The notes under the pieces are model-generated. The model did no database searches, was not told the origin of the DNA, and saw nothing but the letters and a program-made list of their open reading frames with translations. Position numbers and translations under genes: made by a program. From Ginglymostoma cirratum (taxonomy: Eukaryota), in assembly GCA_024137785.1 (NCBI GenBank), contig JAHRHZ010000062.1, forward strand, positions 30,225,755-30,289,754: a stretch of DNA of 64,000 bases, read 5' to 3'. Positions 51,416-63,945 of the stretch are shown in pieces (position 1 is the stretch's first letter; the number at the start of each line of letters is the position of its first letter).

Positions 51416-52189
51416 TGGCCCCCCCATTTCAAAGGGATAACATCCCAGCCTGTATTTCTTCCCACGTAAGTTAGTACAACATCAGAAATAGTGGAAAAAC
51501 AAGAATTTATTCCTCTTAATTGTGGGCCAGTGGTGTCAGTCATTATACATATCCTAGCAGTAAACCATGCTTCTCTTTCACAGTTCTTCAGAGCTAAAGT
51601 CTTTCTGGAAATCTATCATGGTCCTTCAAGAGCATTAGTATTTACTCAAGTTGTTGCTATAGTAATTTTAGTTTCAGAAATACAGTCATTCCCAATTACA
51701 GTCAGAAATATTGAGAACACGAGCTTCCTGTCCTTAGTTATTTTAATTCTCCACCAGGTTCCCATTGTGATGTTTCTGACCTTGGCTGTTGCAGTGTCCC
51801 AGTGAAGCTTAACACAAGCTTGCGGAACATTACCTCATCCTTTAACATGCACTCTACTGACTTCCAGACTCAGCATTATGTTCAGCAAATGTAAAACATA
51901 ACCTTGGACCCCATTTTGGTTTTTATTACTTGTTCATTTCCTCTTGTTCATTTCTTTATTCTTCATTTTGCATTTGGAAAGCTGCTATCATCCCTTTCAT
52001 ACCTTGTTTTGATACTTTTTTTTTGCTATCTGCGTTACGACTTCATTGGCTTTTGAACCTTGAAATCTTTTCTTATTTTATCTCTCCTGTCCTCCACCCT
52101 ATTGTAGTCCTTTCTTTTTGTTCTGCTTTCCATTCTCCTGCTTTACTTGTTGAAAACCTGCTATTACATTTCTATCTTCAGTGATAATG

Positions 52190-52940
52190 ATTGTGTTTTT
52201 ATCTTCCACCAATTCAGAACTTTATTTTTGGAAGGCTATTAGTGTCCTACTTAATGCAAAGTATTTTTTCAACTCTTCTGCCATTTTCTGGCTCCCATTA
52301 TTATTTCCACAGCCTCGTTCTCTAAATGATCCCATGTTCACTGTTGCCTCTCTCTGCCTTCTCATGGATTTAAAGAAGAGCTCACTGTCCATTTCTCTCT
52401 CCTATAGAACAGCTACTGTTAGAGCTCTATAAACTATTCCCATCAGTGGTTTATGGATTGTATATCATCCAGTTGAAAATCACTTCTTGCTAATACACTA
52501 ACAAAGCCATACCACCATCCTGTTTATCCTTTCAAAAGATCACATATCCCTGAATATTTATTTCCCAGCTTTGATCTCCTTGTAACCATGTCTTTGCAAT
52601 GGCTATAAGATCACACACATGAACTTCTATTTATGTCATTTATTTTGTTCCGAATACTATACACCTTCGAGTAATTTGTCCTTCTTACGTTTGTTCCCCT
52701 TTGTCCCTATTTATTTTTCTTTTTAATTCTTGTATGCCCTGTCCCTTCATGCTGCACTCTGCCTATCATTGTCAAAATAGTTGCCCTGCAATTCCATTAT
52801 ATCCTTTGGCTTTGCAAATCTTTCCCCCTGTCCTGAACCCTACATGCTCTAATTCAAAACAGCAGTTCACCACCAACTTCATAGTGAAACTAGGTATGGA
52901 CAATAAATACCAATCCAGCCACTGATGTCCTCATCCTGTG
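52190..52940 (-). mobile_element. Old CR1-type LINE fragments, with a short plus-strand LINE/SINE tail at about 52900-52955
   Basis: Minus-strand segment resembling AE.L..YF.S.F.; tail catcctgtgaatgaataaaaaaa. Confidence 0.45.
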
Positions 52941-53499
52941 AATGAATAAAAAAAAGTTAAAGCCCTGTCTAGGGCCGTCCTGCTCCTATACTACCATTCA
53001 TATCCCTCCCACCCACTTCCACCATTCTCAAACCCTCCTTTTGTCTCATGAAGGAGAAAATGTCTTTCATAACTGGGCAAAAGGGCTAAGATTGGCAGCA
53101 GGGTGGCATATATTAAACTCCTCATCCCACGACAGAAGAAAATGATGCTGTTGGCTGGACAAAAGCCCAACAACTCATAGGCACACAGAGTGCTCCATGA
53201 CAACCAACCAAGTAAACTTCTTTGTATTAGAAATTAAAACATGCTAAAAACACTTACTTAAAATAAAACATATTTAAGCTTTGTAAAAACACCAAATATT
53301 TGGTAACACTTCACCATTATTTTCAAGGCCAGGTTTGATGTTCGATCAAAATTGATCGATTTAAAACCCATATACACCTGATAGAACATGCCTTTTATGG
53401 CATATGTAAACTTGGGAATGAGAAAGTTGAAATCCATGCTGATTTGCATGATTGCAAGATCAGGTGAATGGGAGATGCATGTGATGAGGGGAAATGCCA

Positions 53500-53930
53500 C
53501 AGTGCAGTCTGGGATGGAGCTCACAGACCTCCCAGTGTCAAGATTTTTATGTTAATCATCCCACGCAGGCTTTCCTTTTCAGATGGGTCATGATGGTGAA
53601 CACTGGCAGCTCGCCATCCACCACCTAGCGCTTCTTCTCAATATCTGTCTCATTGTATCTTAATTTTTCTCTCAGTTAACAGTGGGTTCGTCTGCATTTA
53701 TTGTGAAGCAGAGAGCCAGGGACCACACACAGCCAGAGCTGACATTACATGCACAGGTGGCAACGTTTGGCTGTAGTTCACTTCACAATGAGGTATCACT
53801 CTCACTACCCCTTCAAGAATCTGAAACAACATGTCATCTGCTTGCAGGTCTTCCCCACAATGCTGGAAACTTTGTTGTCACAAGAGGCCTCCTATTGGGC
53901 AAACAAACATGAAATGCACTTTGGTAGATT
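53500..53930 (-). pseudogene. Harbinger-associated Myb/SANT-like gene relic
   Basis: Minus strand gives KVSSIVGKTCKQMTCCFRFLK and, after an intron-like stretch, EKLRYN..EKK..GGG..P...MTHL, resembling the EK.AHN.RER.KTGGG.P...LT..EE segment. Confidence 0.4.
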
Positions 53931-54000
53931 GCATACAAGGTATTTGGAGCCCACACCAAGTATTAAAATGTCTTTTTTTCTGAAGATGGGGCAACAAGCT

Positions 54001-54229
54001 TGTAGTGATTGTAACGAAGTCAGCCGGGTGAACCTGATAGAAAGGGAGTTCCCTGATTGGACCAGATTAACAGCCCCAATCAGGGAGCCATGGCTGACAG
54101 ATAAAGACAGGAGTGTCAGACATCCTGTTCACCCTGAGAGCTGGCTCTAAGGGAGCTAGATCAGTGTTAAGGACTCCCATGTGTAAATAAAGGGGGACTT
54201 GGTGACGGGATACTAGCCTCTGTATTTCA
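54001..54229 (+). mobile_element. Solo LTR (229 bp) with 5-bp target duplication
   Basis: Begins TG and ends CA. Flanked by AAGCT at 53996-54000 and 54230-54234. Internal aataaa at about 54186 and inverted ccctgattgg/ccaatcaggg. Confidence 0.85.
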
Positions 54230-57200
54230 AAGCTAATCATTTCCTACTTTTTAAATCTGGTCTCTAATTTCCCTCAGGATTTGTTCTAGGGAAATCTACG
54301 TATTCACAACAGCAATTAGAACCACAGTTTTAAAGCGACATTCAAAGTTAAACACAGCCATAGTAAGCAGTGATAAAACATAAGGCAATGATTTTTTTGT
54401 GTCTTTATAATCCTGGTATCCTAGTTTTGATCTGAGTGATACCACAGGAGGTCTGTAAGTTACAATAAAAATGCTAAAAGGTCAGTTCTTGTATTTTTGT
54501 GAGAATGGCCTGTTCCAGTTTTGGATGTTGAGACACATAGATTTTAGGGTGCCAAAGGGTCTGAAATCTTCCAGCTTCTACATGCGAATGGCATCTCCTT
54601 CAGGCCAATGAAAGTAAGGAGATTACTTACAGAGATCAAAGGAATATTTAGGGGAAAGGGTAATTAAAATTTTGTATGTTCTAACTTGCTTGTGTACTAT
54701 CAAAATGTTATGTGACTAAATTTTACATTGTGGTGATGTGTTGGGAAGCATTAAAATTTAATATCATGCTATCCACAATTAAGTTGGTGAGAATGATACA
54801 TTGCTCGATTTAGAGAGGTTGCAGATAGATACAGAAAGCTCCCAGAACTGATGGTCATGGGGTCAGTGAGAGAATGAAACATCTCCACATAAAGTAATCT
54901 GTCAACCCTGTTGTGCTGCACAAGATAGATTCCTGTGGGAATTGGAAACTCTCCTTCATGTAATTATTTTTAAAATGTTCTTTTAACTTTATTTAATGAT
55001 GATAAATATTATTATAGTCAACTAAATCCTGACACTCCATCATAACTTTGTACAGTTTAAAATGCTCCACCTTCACTGCCAAAGAAAATTGATCCCTTCA
55101 AAATCCATCATTCCTTGATGAAAAATTCAAGTTTGTTTTAATACTAATAGCCCTCTAACTGCAAGAAAGTTACATAGAAAAGTAATTACATTTGTTTATT
55201 CATTTCATCCTGCAGTGCACAAAGACAGGAAGCTATCAGCTCGTGAGCTATAGGGACAGTTAAATTAGTCTCTGGGGGGAAACTTGCATTAGTGCCAGGC
55301 AGCCTCCAGCCTATCAAAGCCAGGTGCACATTGCAGTGAGCAGGCAGCACAACCACTGGGAAGGCTATGGTTTCAATACTGAGCCAGGCCTCATGCAGTG
55401 TGGCAAGCAGACGAAGATCACGGCAACACTGACAGTTCTGCTCTTCAGAGCCAGTCCTCACAATGATTAATGAGGGCATTTGAAAGACAATTAGCAGGAG
55501 CAGAATCAGCTGCAACTTTCTTATCAATCAGACGTGTGCTATTCATAAGCACACAGCACCCCACTGCAGAAGAACTGTATCACATTTGCACAGACAAGGC
55601 AGCCTTTTCATGTAATACAAAAGGAAAGACAGTTTGCCATATATTTATTCCTAATAACAAGCAATGTAAGGCATACACATTTTTGTTTAGTTTATGAGAT
55701 TTTGCCACTGCCATATGCGGCAGACAGGAATCCTGTTCCTATGTGGCATTCTCTATTGACCAAGCTGTACAAAAGCCCTGCTGTTGCTATGTACAGTAGA
55801 GTTGACTCTATGCTTTGGTCTTGAGCAGGATAGGGCTGATATTAACACTTGCTGGCTTTGTAGCTTGACACAGAAAGTCATTATAAATTTTACTGAACAT
55901 TCGGCAGGTTATAAGCCCTTACAGATAAAGTGTGGAAGTTGGGGACGATGGCGGTGAAAAGGGGGAGGGGAAGGTTGGGTGTTGTGAGGAGAAAAGTGGG
56001 GGAGTGAGGGTAAAATTTGTTATGCAATAGTTTCATTTGTGGAGAAGAAGAAACAGAAAGGATAACAAACTGTATTGGAACACCATCCTTACTCCTCAGG
56101 GACCACCCTACACAACCATTTATGATCTGGTCTCTAATGACTTGAGGGCTCTGAGTGAAATGAATTCTTGGCAATTTGCATCCAACATCTACTGAAAGGA
56201 AACACACAGGAGAACCTCATTTCAGCATTAATTTGACAGTCTCCTTCAGAGAGGTCAGAGGGATGGAGAATGCAGGAAATATTCCATTGATACCATGCTT
56301 AAAAGGAGAACCCTGTCAAAACTCATTTGACCTACTTCACTGTACAAAGAGTTAGCATTCGATTCTGGCACAGCACACAACATGGAGAATGCTTCCAAAC
56401 TCCACTAAAAAGTGTGTCTGTGTATAGTTCCACACCAACAACCAAAAGAATAGTGAGTATGTGAGTGAATAGCTAGGAAAGGTAATTCATTCAGGTTGTG
56501 AAACTTCAGCTGATAAGAGATAGTCCACTTGCAGCAATCTCTACATCATTTTGTGCAGCAGGAACAATAGCAAACAAGTGGGCATGGACTAACCAAAGAG
56601 AAAACGCCTCTTCCTTCAGCATCTTCACACCACAGTTCTCAATTCAAAAAAGCTTCCATAAAACTAACAGTAGACACAATGATACAAAGAATACACAAAT
56701 GCATCTGGTCTACATGCAATGAAAACTATTTATTTGGGGCAAGATGATTTTCAGAGCAGCACCGCTTGCTATTAAAGACTTTTCTCCTGTTTGCAAATAT
56801 TCAAATGTTTATTTACCATGGCAACTGAGACTCCGTTCTTGCTCTCTAGGAATAGTTGTGCACTCAGACAAGAATTGTGAGTCCAGAGCTATCCTGCACA
56901 GTTGCTGAAATTTGCCCCAGACATGGCAGACAAGGGCAGAGTAGCGTCCTGCATTCCATAATCAGTCCCTCAAAGCTTTCACAATGAAGGCAAACAGTAA
57001 ATACAAATCCAAAGTCACTAATGACACAAAGCTTAAAAACTCTACTGTTAGCCAGGTTACATCAAACAATAATACTTCACAAGGATGGCAATTCGCCTTC
57101 ATTCAAACAGTTGAATATCAGCCATAAACTATCATTCACAGGTTACTGCATTGTAAAGTGATGGGGAGCAAGTCTTTATTCAGTCAGCACTTTTCAAAGT

Positions 57201-57599
57201 GTAGAGGTTGTAGCACTTGAGCTTAAGAAGGGCAGCACCACTCACATGGAAATATTAGCCGCATTCATGGAAAGCAATGTTGATGTAAATAGCACAAGGA
57301 TCTATTATCTAACGGTGTCAGGAATGGGGAGGGAGCAGTCATCGGTTTTGGAGGGTGAACATCTCCATGTACGGGTGGTGATAGAATAGTCTTCCACCTA
57401 ACACAGAATCCGTGGGATACATTCCCCATGTCAAGACTTTAACTATAAAGCACACAGTTCATTCTACATGTCTCTTAGTAGATCTAGATTTGTTGCCATA
57501 AGTTGAACCCAGCAGTCTTAACATTGAGTAGACTGAAAAGATAAAGGATAGCAACAATAGCAGATTCTGAGGCATGAGACTCCTGGGACTGCAGCCAAT

Positions 57600-58520
57600 G
57601 TAACAGCAAGGAGCACACAAAGAGAGGAACCAGAGTCCACAACACTGTTGACCAGTCTACTGAGAAAGGATATACAGAATGCAGTGCAGCCACCTTCAGA
57701 TGAAGGAACAACAATGCAGGAGAGATCTTCCTGTGACTAGGGGAGCTGTCACATTTGCCATCTCCTGAAGCCGATCTGCAGTTGCTCGGTTTACGAGACT
57801 GGGTGACATCTGTGTTGCTAAGGACCACGGATACACTGAATCTTCTTGCAACCAGGTCCTTACAAACTTTGGCTGGAGGCACGTGTGGCATCTCCAAATC
57901 AGGAGTGCACAAGTGCATTTGTGAACTCACTGATGCCCTTTGCAGAAAAGCAATAAAGTTTGTTCAGTCCACATGAACCCAGAGAGTCAAGCTGCCAGAG
58001 ATGTCAGATTTGCAACCATCACTGCGTTCCATCTGGTACAAAAAGCTATCTACTAGTACATGTGGCTCTCAGAGCTTCTGAGCATCATCCAGGCAGATTT
58101 CGGAATAGGAAAGGATTTCAATGTCCAGCTTATTTGTGATCACAGAAAACAATGTTTGCAAGCCTACTTTTTAAGCAGGTGTCATGACTCATGCATTCTG
58201 CACGGCTCCCAGGTTCTCAAATGTTTGACACCATCAAATTTCCAGGGCTAGCTCAAGTGTGACAAAGGGTAACCCCAGAAGGCCTAGTCAATGAGCCCAA
58301 TGCATTGCCCTCAGACTGATACTGACAGACTGAATACCACAATGCAGCACATGTAGTGTCCATGGCCATCTCTGAACAGATAATAGGTCTTCTGAAGATG
58401 TTTTTATGTTATCTGCGCCACTCAACCGGAGCATTACAGTACTTGCTGGACATTGTCTCCAAAATAGGGATTGTTTGCTACGCTTTGCACAATCCAGCTC
58501 AAAGACAGATGAGAACTTAG
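57600..58520 (+). pseudogene. Decayed PIF/Harbinger DDE transposase
   Basis: Ordered motifs: TLNLLATRSLQ..GGTCGISKSGVHKCICELTDAL, NRKGF..NVQLICDH, CHDSCIL, DKG*P, HNAAH, EQIIGLLKMF, GALQY, VCYALHN. Confidence 0.9.
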
Positions 58521-59827
58521 AGCACCCGGCGGAGGCAAGATGGATCAGCCATCTCTTCTCAGACTAGGAAGGAGGGGAGTCTGATAACATGAAGAAGAAA
58601 CCAATGTTAATGATGAGGAATCTAGGGCAGTAGCAAATTGAGGCAGATAGGCCACAAAATCCGAATAGTGGCTGGCTTAGAAAACATGTGACATTATTGA
58701 CTAATAGTTAATACTCAGAAGCCGTGGTCAATTGTTACACATATACATCCCTGCCCTAAAGGAGATCCCTGTCACCTACAAACGTTACTGTACTTTGCTC
58801 TGCTAGTCTTACAGTGCACATCTCTTTGCACCAATGAACTTCTGCTCAATTTGCCTGGCGTAGAATCAAGTTTCATATATGTGGCCATGCATGGGAGCAG
58901 TGCTTATATGACGCAATGCTTAGCTTGAAAGGGACTTTCCACTATCAGATAGATTCAGAGGAACTGCACCATGATGAATGATGCATGAAAGACAAATACA
59001 CAGCATATGTTCACAGTTCCCAGTAGCTCACTCTCCCAGATGATACATCTGAATGAGAGCCTCAGTCCCTCACTGAATACTGCACCTCAAGTTCATGTCA
59101 GTACTTAGGCTTCTTGCCACCTCTCATATTATTCCCCAAAGAAAATACAAACTGATAGATGTCACTGGTGGAGCAAGAACACAGTAACCTATAGAAAGAA
59201 AATGTGCATTTACTTACAATACACAGGCTCATAAAATGTCGACACCTACATATCCAAAGTGATTTCAATATTCTTTCACCTCTCTCTTCCTGTCGTTACA
59301 TCTAGATGCTACCTTAGAAACTACAGGTGAGCTGTTGAAAGCCTGCTGACTGCACTGTCACCTTACAGAGGATGAGTTTGGAGGGCTGGGGTCTTCTGGC
59401 TTGCAGTCTAGAAGACTCCGGCTGCTACATTATATTTTGTGCATGATACTTGTTTGAGATTTTGCTGCTGAAACCACTTTTGGACGTGGTGTCCTTGATG
59501 CATCGAAGCCATTGGTGAGAAGGCGTTCGATGCACAGTCTCCCTTTTTTATGATAGTAGACCAGTGATCACATAGTGGGGGAGCTGTTAAATGTTGTAGA
59601 TCCCTGTCCACTTGAAGTGTGAAACATAACTGATGTATGAGATGCAGTATCAGTGTGTTGCTCTTAGTCTAACATGGGTAAGTGAGAGAGATACTGCTCA
59701 GACATGAGGCACGTGATGAGATATCAGTCATCTAAGGCTGTATATGACAATCCTGTACAGTAGCAAGCTTGCTATCGTTGGATGCATTCATAAGAGCATG
59801 AAGCATTTAGTAGACAGAGGAACTTAC

Positions 59828-60019
59828 ACTGGTAGACTGCTGGAGATCATTCATCCTCTTTTGGAATATCATCTAGACATGACCTGTAATGTATGTGCCC
59901 TGACTGCTTCAGCCAGGTCCACCCACACCACCTTTATCATGGCCTGTGGTTCACATCCTGAAGGGCAAATCCAGGTACTGGTTACTAATTTTCAGGACAG
60001 ATTTCTGTCTCTTCTCCAT
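59828..60019 (-). pseudogene. First exon of a Harbinger Myb/SANT-like gene, convergent with the transposase
   Basis: ATG at 60019 (MEKRQK..), then VWVDLAEAVRA and FQKRMNDLQQSTS, followed by a gtaagt donor at 59827-59822. Matches W..+A..V......C.KR.NDL. Confidence 0.65.
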
Positions 60020-61093
60020 TGCTTCCAGAGTTCATAAGGCCCAGGATACAAGGTCCACCAATGGTTTCAAGGAGTGTCTTTTAAATATGGTGCCCAGAAA
60101 CCGAAACCTAGCAGATCCCAACAGGGGAGGCTGAACTCTGTGTTCTCTTTCTAATACGTGTGACATTTTAGCATACATGCGTAATGAGCTTTAAAGAATG
60201 AAATTCTGTGAGAAGACAATCCCCACCCCACCACCATAACCTCAAAGTGGAAGAGCCTCCAGATTTCAGGCCTGCCATGACAATTAACTTTAGAAGAGAA
60301 TATTTTGCTCAGTCACCAACCACAGACTGCATGTTAAGACGAGAGAATGGGTGGAGCGAATGAAACTTGCATATTAACTCTTTCAGAACCATCACCTGAT
60401 ACAACATTGCCCACCAGGCTTAATTGGACAGCAAATTTTAACCCTAAACCTTTATTAATTAGAATAGCCTTTTAAAATCTGGGTTGGTTGGTGCACTGGT
60501 GGGACCATGAGGTGTGTAATAACAGCTCTGAACAGGTCAATTAGGAAAATAGGTTAAATTTTAAAAAAATCTGGGTTGGTGCCTCTGGAACATGCTGTGT
60601 GGATGGTAGAGTCAGGACTTGGAATTGAATAATGAATCAGGTCCCCAACCTAGGTTAGAAAATCCTAGTCTGCATGTGGGGCAGCATTTTCCATACTTCG
60701 TTAGAGCTGCAATCCATTAACTATGCTCTCAAGCCCTTGAAAATATCCTCCTCTGCCATTATAACAACAGCAGATCCCAGGGATACACAGATGCTGCAGG
60801 TGCAACAACTTCATGGTATGGGAGTGAGAGCTCATAAAACAGTCCTGCTGTGCATCGGACTAACTACATTATTGGCTGGCCGAAAGAGAATTATGATGGA
60901 GAAAGAAGCACTGATGCTGTGACCTATTGAATAGTTAATTCGCTTTCAAATCCTTCCTCAGCTTTGCAATATGCTCCAAGAGAAGACTATGAAGACTCCA
61001 AATAATGCCATTCTGACATCATTGCCAACAGGACACACATATACCTAGAGACATACAGCTGGGAATCAGCAGAACCAAGTAAATTACACACTA

Positions 61094-61314
61094 AGAGATA
61101 GTAAGAACTGCCAATGCTGGAGTCTGAGATAACACAGTGTGGAGTTGGAGGAACACAGCAGGCCAGGCAGCATCAGAGGAGCTGAAAGCTGACATTTCTG
61201 AAGAAGGGTCCCGACCCGAAATGTCTGCTTTCCTGTTCCTCTGACGTTGCCCGGCCTGCTGTGTTCCTCCAGCTCCACTCTGTGTTATCTTATAAGTTTA
61301 TCTTGTAAATCTTA
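61094..61314. mobile_element. PLE-derived fold-back element (subfamily 1 variant) with 14-bp target duplication
   Basis: Direct repeat taaattacacacta at 61080-61093 and 61315-61328. Inverted arms. Motif ctgaaga-agggtcccgaccc-gaaatgtc at 61198-61225. Confidence 0.9.
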
Positions 61315-61634
61315 TAAATTACACACTACATTGATAACTAAACTGAAAATACAACCTGATGGAGGTTCTGTGTAAAACACACAAACAAAAAAAACCTAAC
61401 CTTAAAACAAATTGTCATATTTAAATGCTACAAAAGCCTAAATTGGTCAAATCTATTATAAGGTTAGTTAGATGTATAGTGTTTAACATTATTTTTCAAC
61501 TCATTTCCATATTAGTCACAGTTCCCAGTGGAGTTTTGAACCTTGTCATGCAGCTAGGCTATAGAGTTAGGAAATCCTAATAATTATGATTAAAACTTAG
61601 ACAAAGCTCAGTGATTAACTGTTGTTACTATTCT

Positions 61635-61790
61635 TTAACTGGTGCACCCAATCCCCTTGCCAACCAATCAGCGCTCTTTTCTCGTACTGTTTAAATGTTG
61701 CTTTCACTTTAATTTGGCATTTCTTGCAAATTGTCCTGATAAGTACAAGACAAAAGGTTTTGACAAAATGTGCACAATTTTTCAGCAATA
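61635..61790 (+). mobile_element. PLE terminal-repeat fragment (subfamily 4) with decayed hammerhead core
   Basis: cctgataa-gtacaagac-aaaa at 61735-61755; reverse homolog of 27488-27680. Confidence 0.6.
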
Positions 61791-61996
61791 TTCAAATTAT
61801 GTTGTAGATGAAATGTAAAAGTATGCTGAGGGGACAAATCTCTTATCACCTTTACAAAAATTCAAAAACATTTCAACTAATTCATAACTTTTGCCAAGAG
61901 GCAAAAAGGAGTTAGGCAGAAAGTTGTACCAAGTAAAAATGATATGAAAGAAAATAGTGAGGAAGACAATGTGGAGTCTTGATGCAAGTAACAATT

Positions 61997-62146
61997 AAAC
62001 AAAAAAAACCCAAAGAACTGCAGATGAAACAGAAACGGAAAATTGCAGTTTCTGAAGAATGGTCACCGGACGTGAAACATTAACTCTGATTTCTTTCACA
62101 GATATTGCCAGACCTGCTGAGCTGTTCCAACAATTTCTGGTTTTGC
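61997..62146. mobile_element. PLE-derived element (subfamily 2): inverted tail plus body
   Basis: aaagaactgcagatg..aaacagaaa (minus-strand tail) joined to ctgaaga-atggtcaccggacgt-gaaacattaac..gacctgctgagctgttcc. Confidence 0.7.
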
Positions 62147-63244
62147 AACAAAATATTAGGATCTCATTCAGTTTCAGGGCTGACAAAGCAGATGTAAGCA
62201 GCCAGTGGGTGAGAGAACAGGTGTCCTCTTTGCAGTAGGGGCAGCTGGACTCTAATGAGCCAGAGATACAAAATAAGGAATGAAGTGACCTTCGCAGTCC
62301 TTGAGATTTCCAACTTTAGATTAGCTTCTAAAGATTAAACTGGCTCCTGCTGACCACTTCCAGCAAAGTCAGGTATACTGACTCATTGGCAGGTAAATAT
62401 GTCACAATTACATGTTTGGTGCATGAAAGCCAGTGTCACTCAGTTGCCAGTTCCCGAAACAGCCTTCTTTATCTTGTAGCACTTTCCATTCTTGCAATCA
62501 AAATCTCTCAAGTTTTGCTTACACACCCTGCTCACATAGGCCTCCACAAAATTTGCACATGGATGCCTTGTAGCTCTGTGACTACATTAGTTTTGAATGA
62601 ATTTTTTTAAAATGCCCTCTTTTGTTTTCATCATTCCCGCTCTCATGTAAGTTCTGTGATTCATGGTAATGATAGGATTTCTGTTGACTAAACAGGCAAT
62701 AAAAGGACTGCTTGTGCAAAGAGTAAAATAAGTCATCTTTGCAAAAATAACTCCATAGATTTCTATTAATTGAATTTAGCAGAAAATATCTACAAGGAAT
62801 ACAGTCAACAGAACAAAGAAAATAATGTCCAAAGTGTATTGTTTTTTAAGAGCCTTCTTACACAAAATACAATCCCCAGAAAATTATTTTCACATGCATT
62901 CTTGGACCCTTAATGAGGCCATGATAAAATGTGAGAGCAAACACCTAAGCATGCAAAAAGCAGTTGGTCTGAAAATTATGTACTGAAGGAACCGGTTCCA
63001 AACATTTCTCACCCAACATTTTTTGATCTGCATGATGACTTGAAAAGTTACCTTGAGGTTTTTAGCGCATACTACTTCATATATTCATATACTCCAACAC
63101 AAATGTAAAATGCACCCTGTCACCCTGACATTAATATACAGTCAAAAGATATTTATTGAGTTTCCCTAGCAACCCATTGTTGTAAAAAATGTTGAACCAG
63201 AGTTATGTTAACCCGGGTATTTGCTGCACCTAGTAATAATTAGC

Positions 63245-63945
63245 AGAGATAACAAGCATGGGGCTGGATGAACACAGCAGGTCAAGCAGCATCATAGGAG
63301 CAGGAAAACTCGACGTTTCGGGCCTAAACCCTTCATCAGAAATGGGGGAGGGGAAGAGGGTTCTGAAATAAATAGGGAGAGAGGGGGAGGCGGATAGAGG
63401 ATGGATAGAGGAGAGGATAGGTGGAGAGGAGGCAGACAAGTCGAAGAGGCGGGGATGGAACCAGTAAAGGTGAGTGTNNNNNNNNNNNNNNNNNNNNNNN
63501 NNNNNNNNNNNNNNNNNNNNNNNNNNNNNNNNNNNNNNNNNNNNNNNNNNNNNNNNNNNNNNNNNNNNNNNNNNNNNNNNNNNNNNNNNNNNNNNNNNNN
63601 NNNNNNNNNNNNNNNNNNNNNNNNNNNNNNNNNNNNNNNNNNNNNNNNNNNNNNNNNNNNNNNNNNNNNNNNNNNNNNNNNNNNNNNNNNNNNNNNNNNN
63701 NNNNNNNNNNNNNNNNNNNNNNNNNNNNNNNNNNNNNNNNNNNNNNNNNNNNNNNNNNNNNNNNNNNNNNNNNNNNNNNNNNNNNNNNNNNNNNNNNNNN
63801 NNNNNNNNNNNNNNNNNNNNNNNNNNNNNNNNNNNNNNNNNNNNNNNNNNNNNNNNNNNNNNNNNNNNNNNNNNNNNGTGGGAGCACGAGGCGGCGCCGA
63901 TGCAGTCATCAATGTAACGGAGGAAGAGGTGGGGTTTAGGGCCAG
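63245..63945 (-). mobile_element. 5'-truncated Penelope-like retroelement (RT fragment, gap, 3' repeat with hammerhead); probable autonomous partner of subfamily 1
   Basis: GPKPHLFLRYIDDCIGAASCSH contains the PLE RT catalytic YIDD motif. The 3' repeat is the same sequence as subfamily 1 arms, with ctgatga-agggtttaggccc-gaaacgtc at about 63338-63311. Gap 63478-63877. Confidence 0.9.

Noticed and set aside
56736-56918. Possible short MITE bounded by ggggcaa..ttttcag / ctgaaatttgcccc
   Set aside because: The inverted match needs a gap and there is no clear target duplication; too weak to call.
57484-57930. 148-aa minus-strand ORF
   Set aside because: Antisense to the Harbinger transposase relic and has no independent coding signature.
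62228-62248. CTCF-like motif tgcagtaggggcagc (and a weaker one near 9645)
   Set aside because: Imperfect spacing relative to the consensus; expected by chance in 64 kb.
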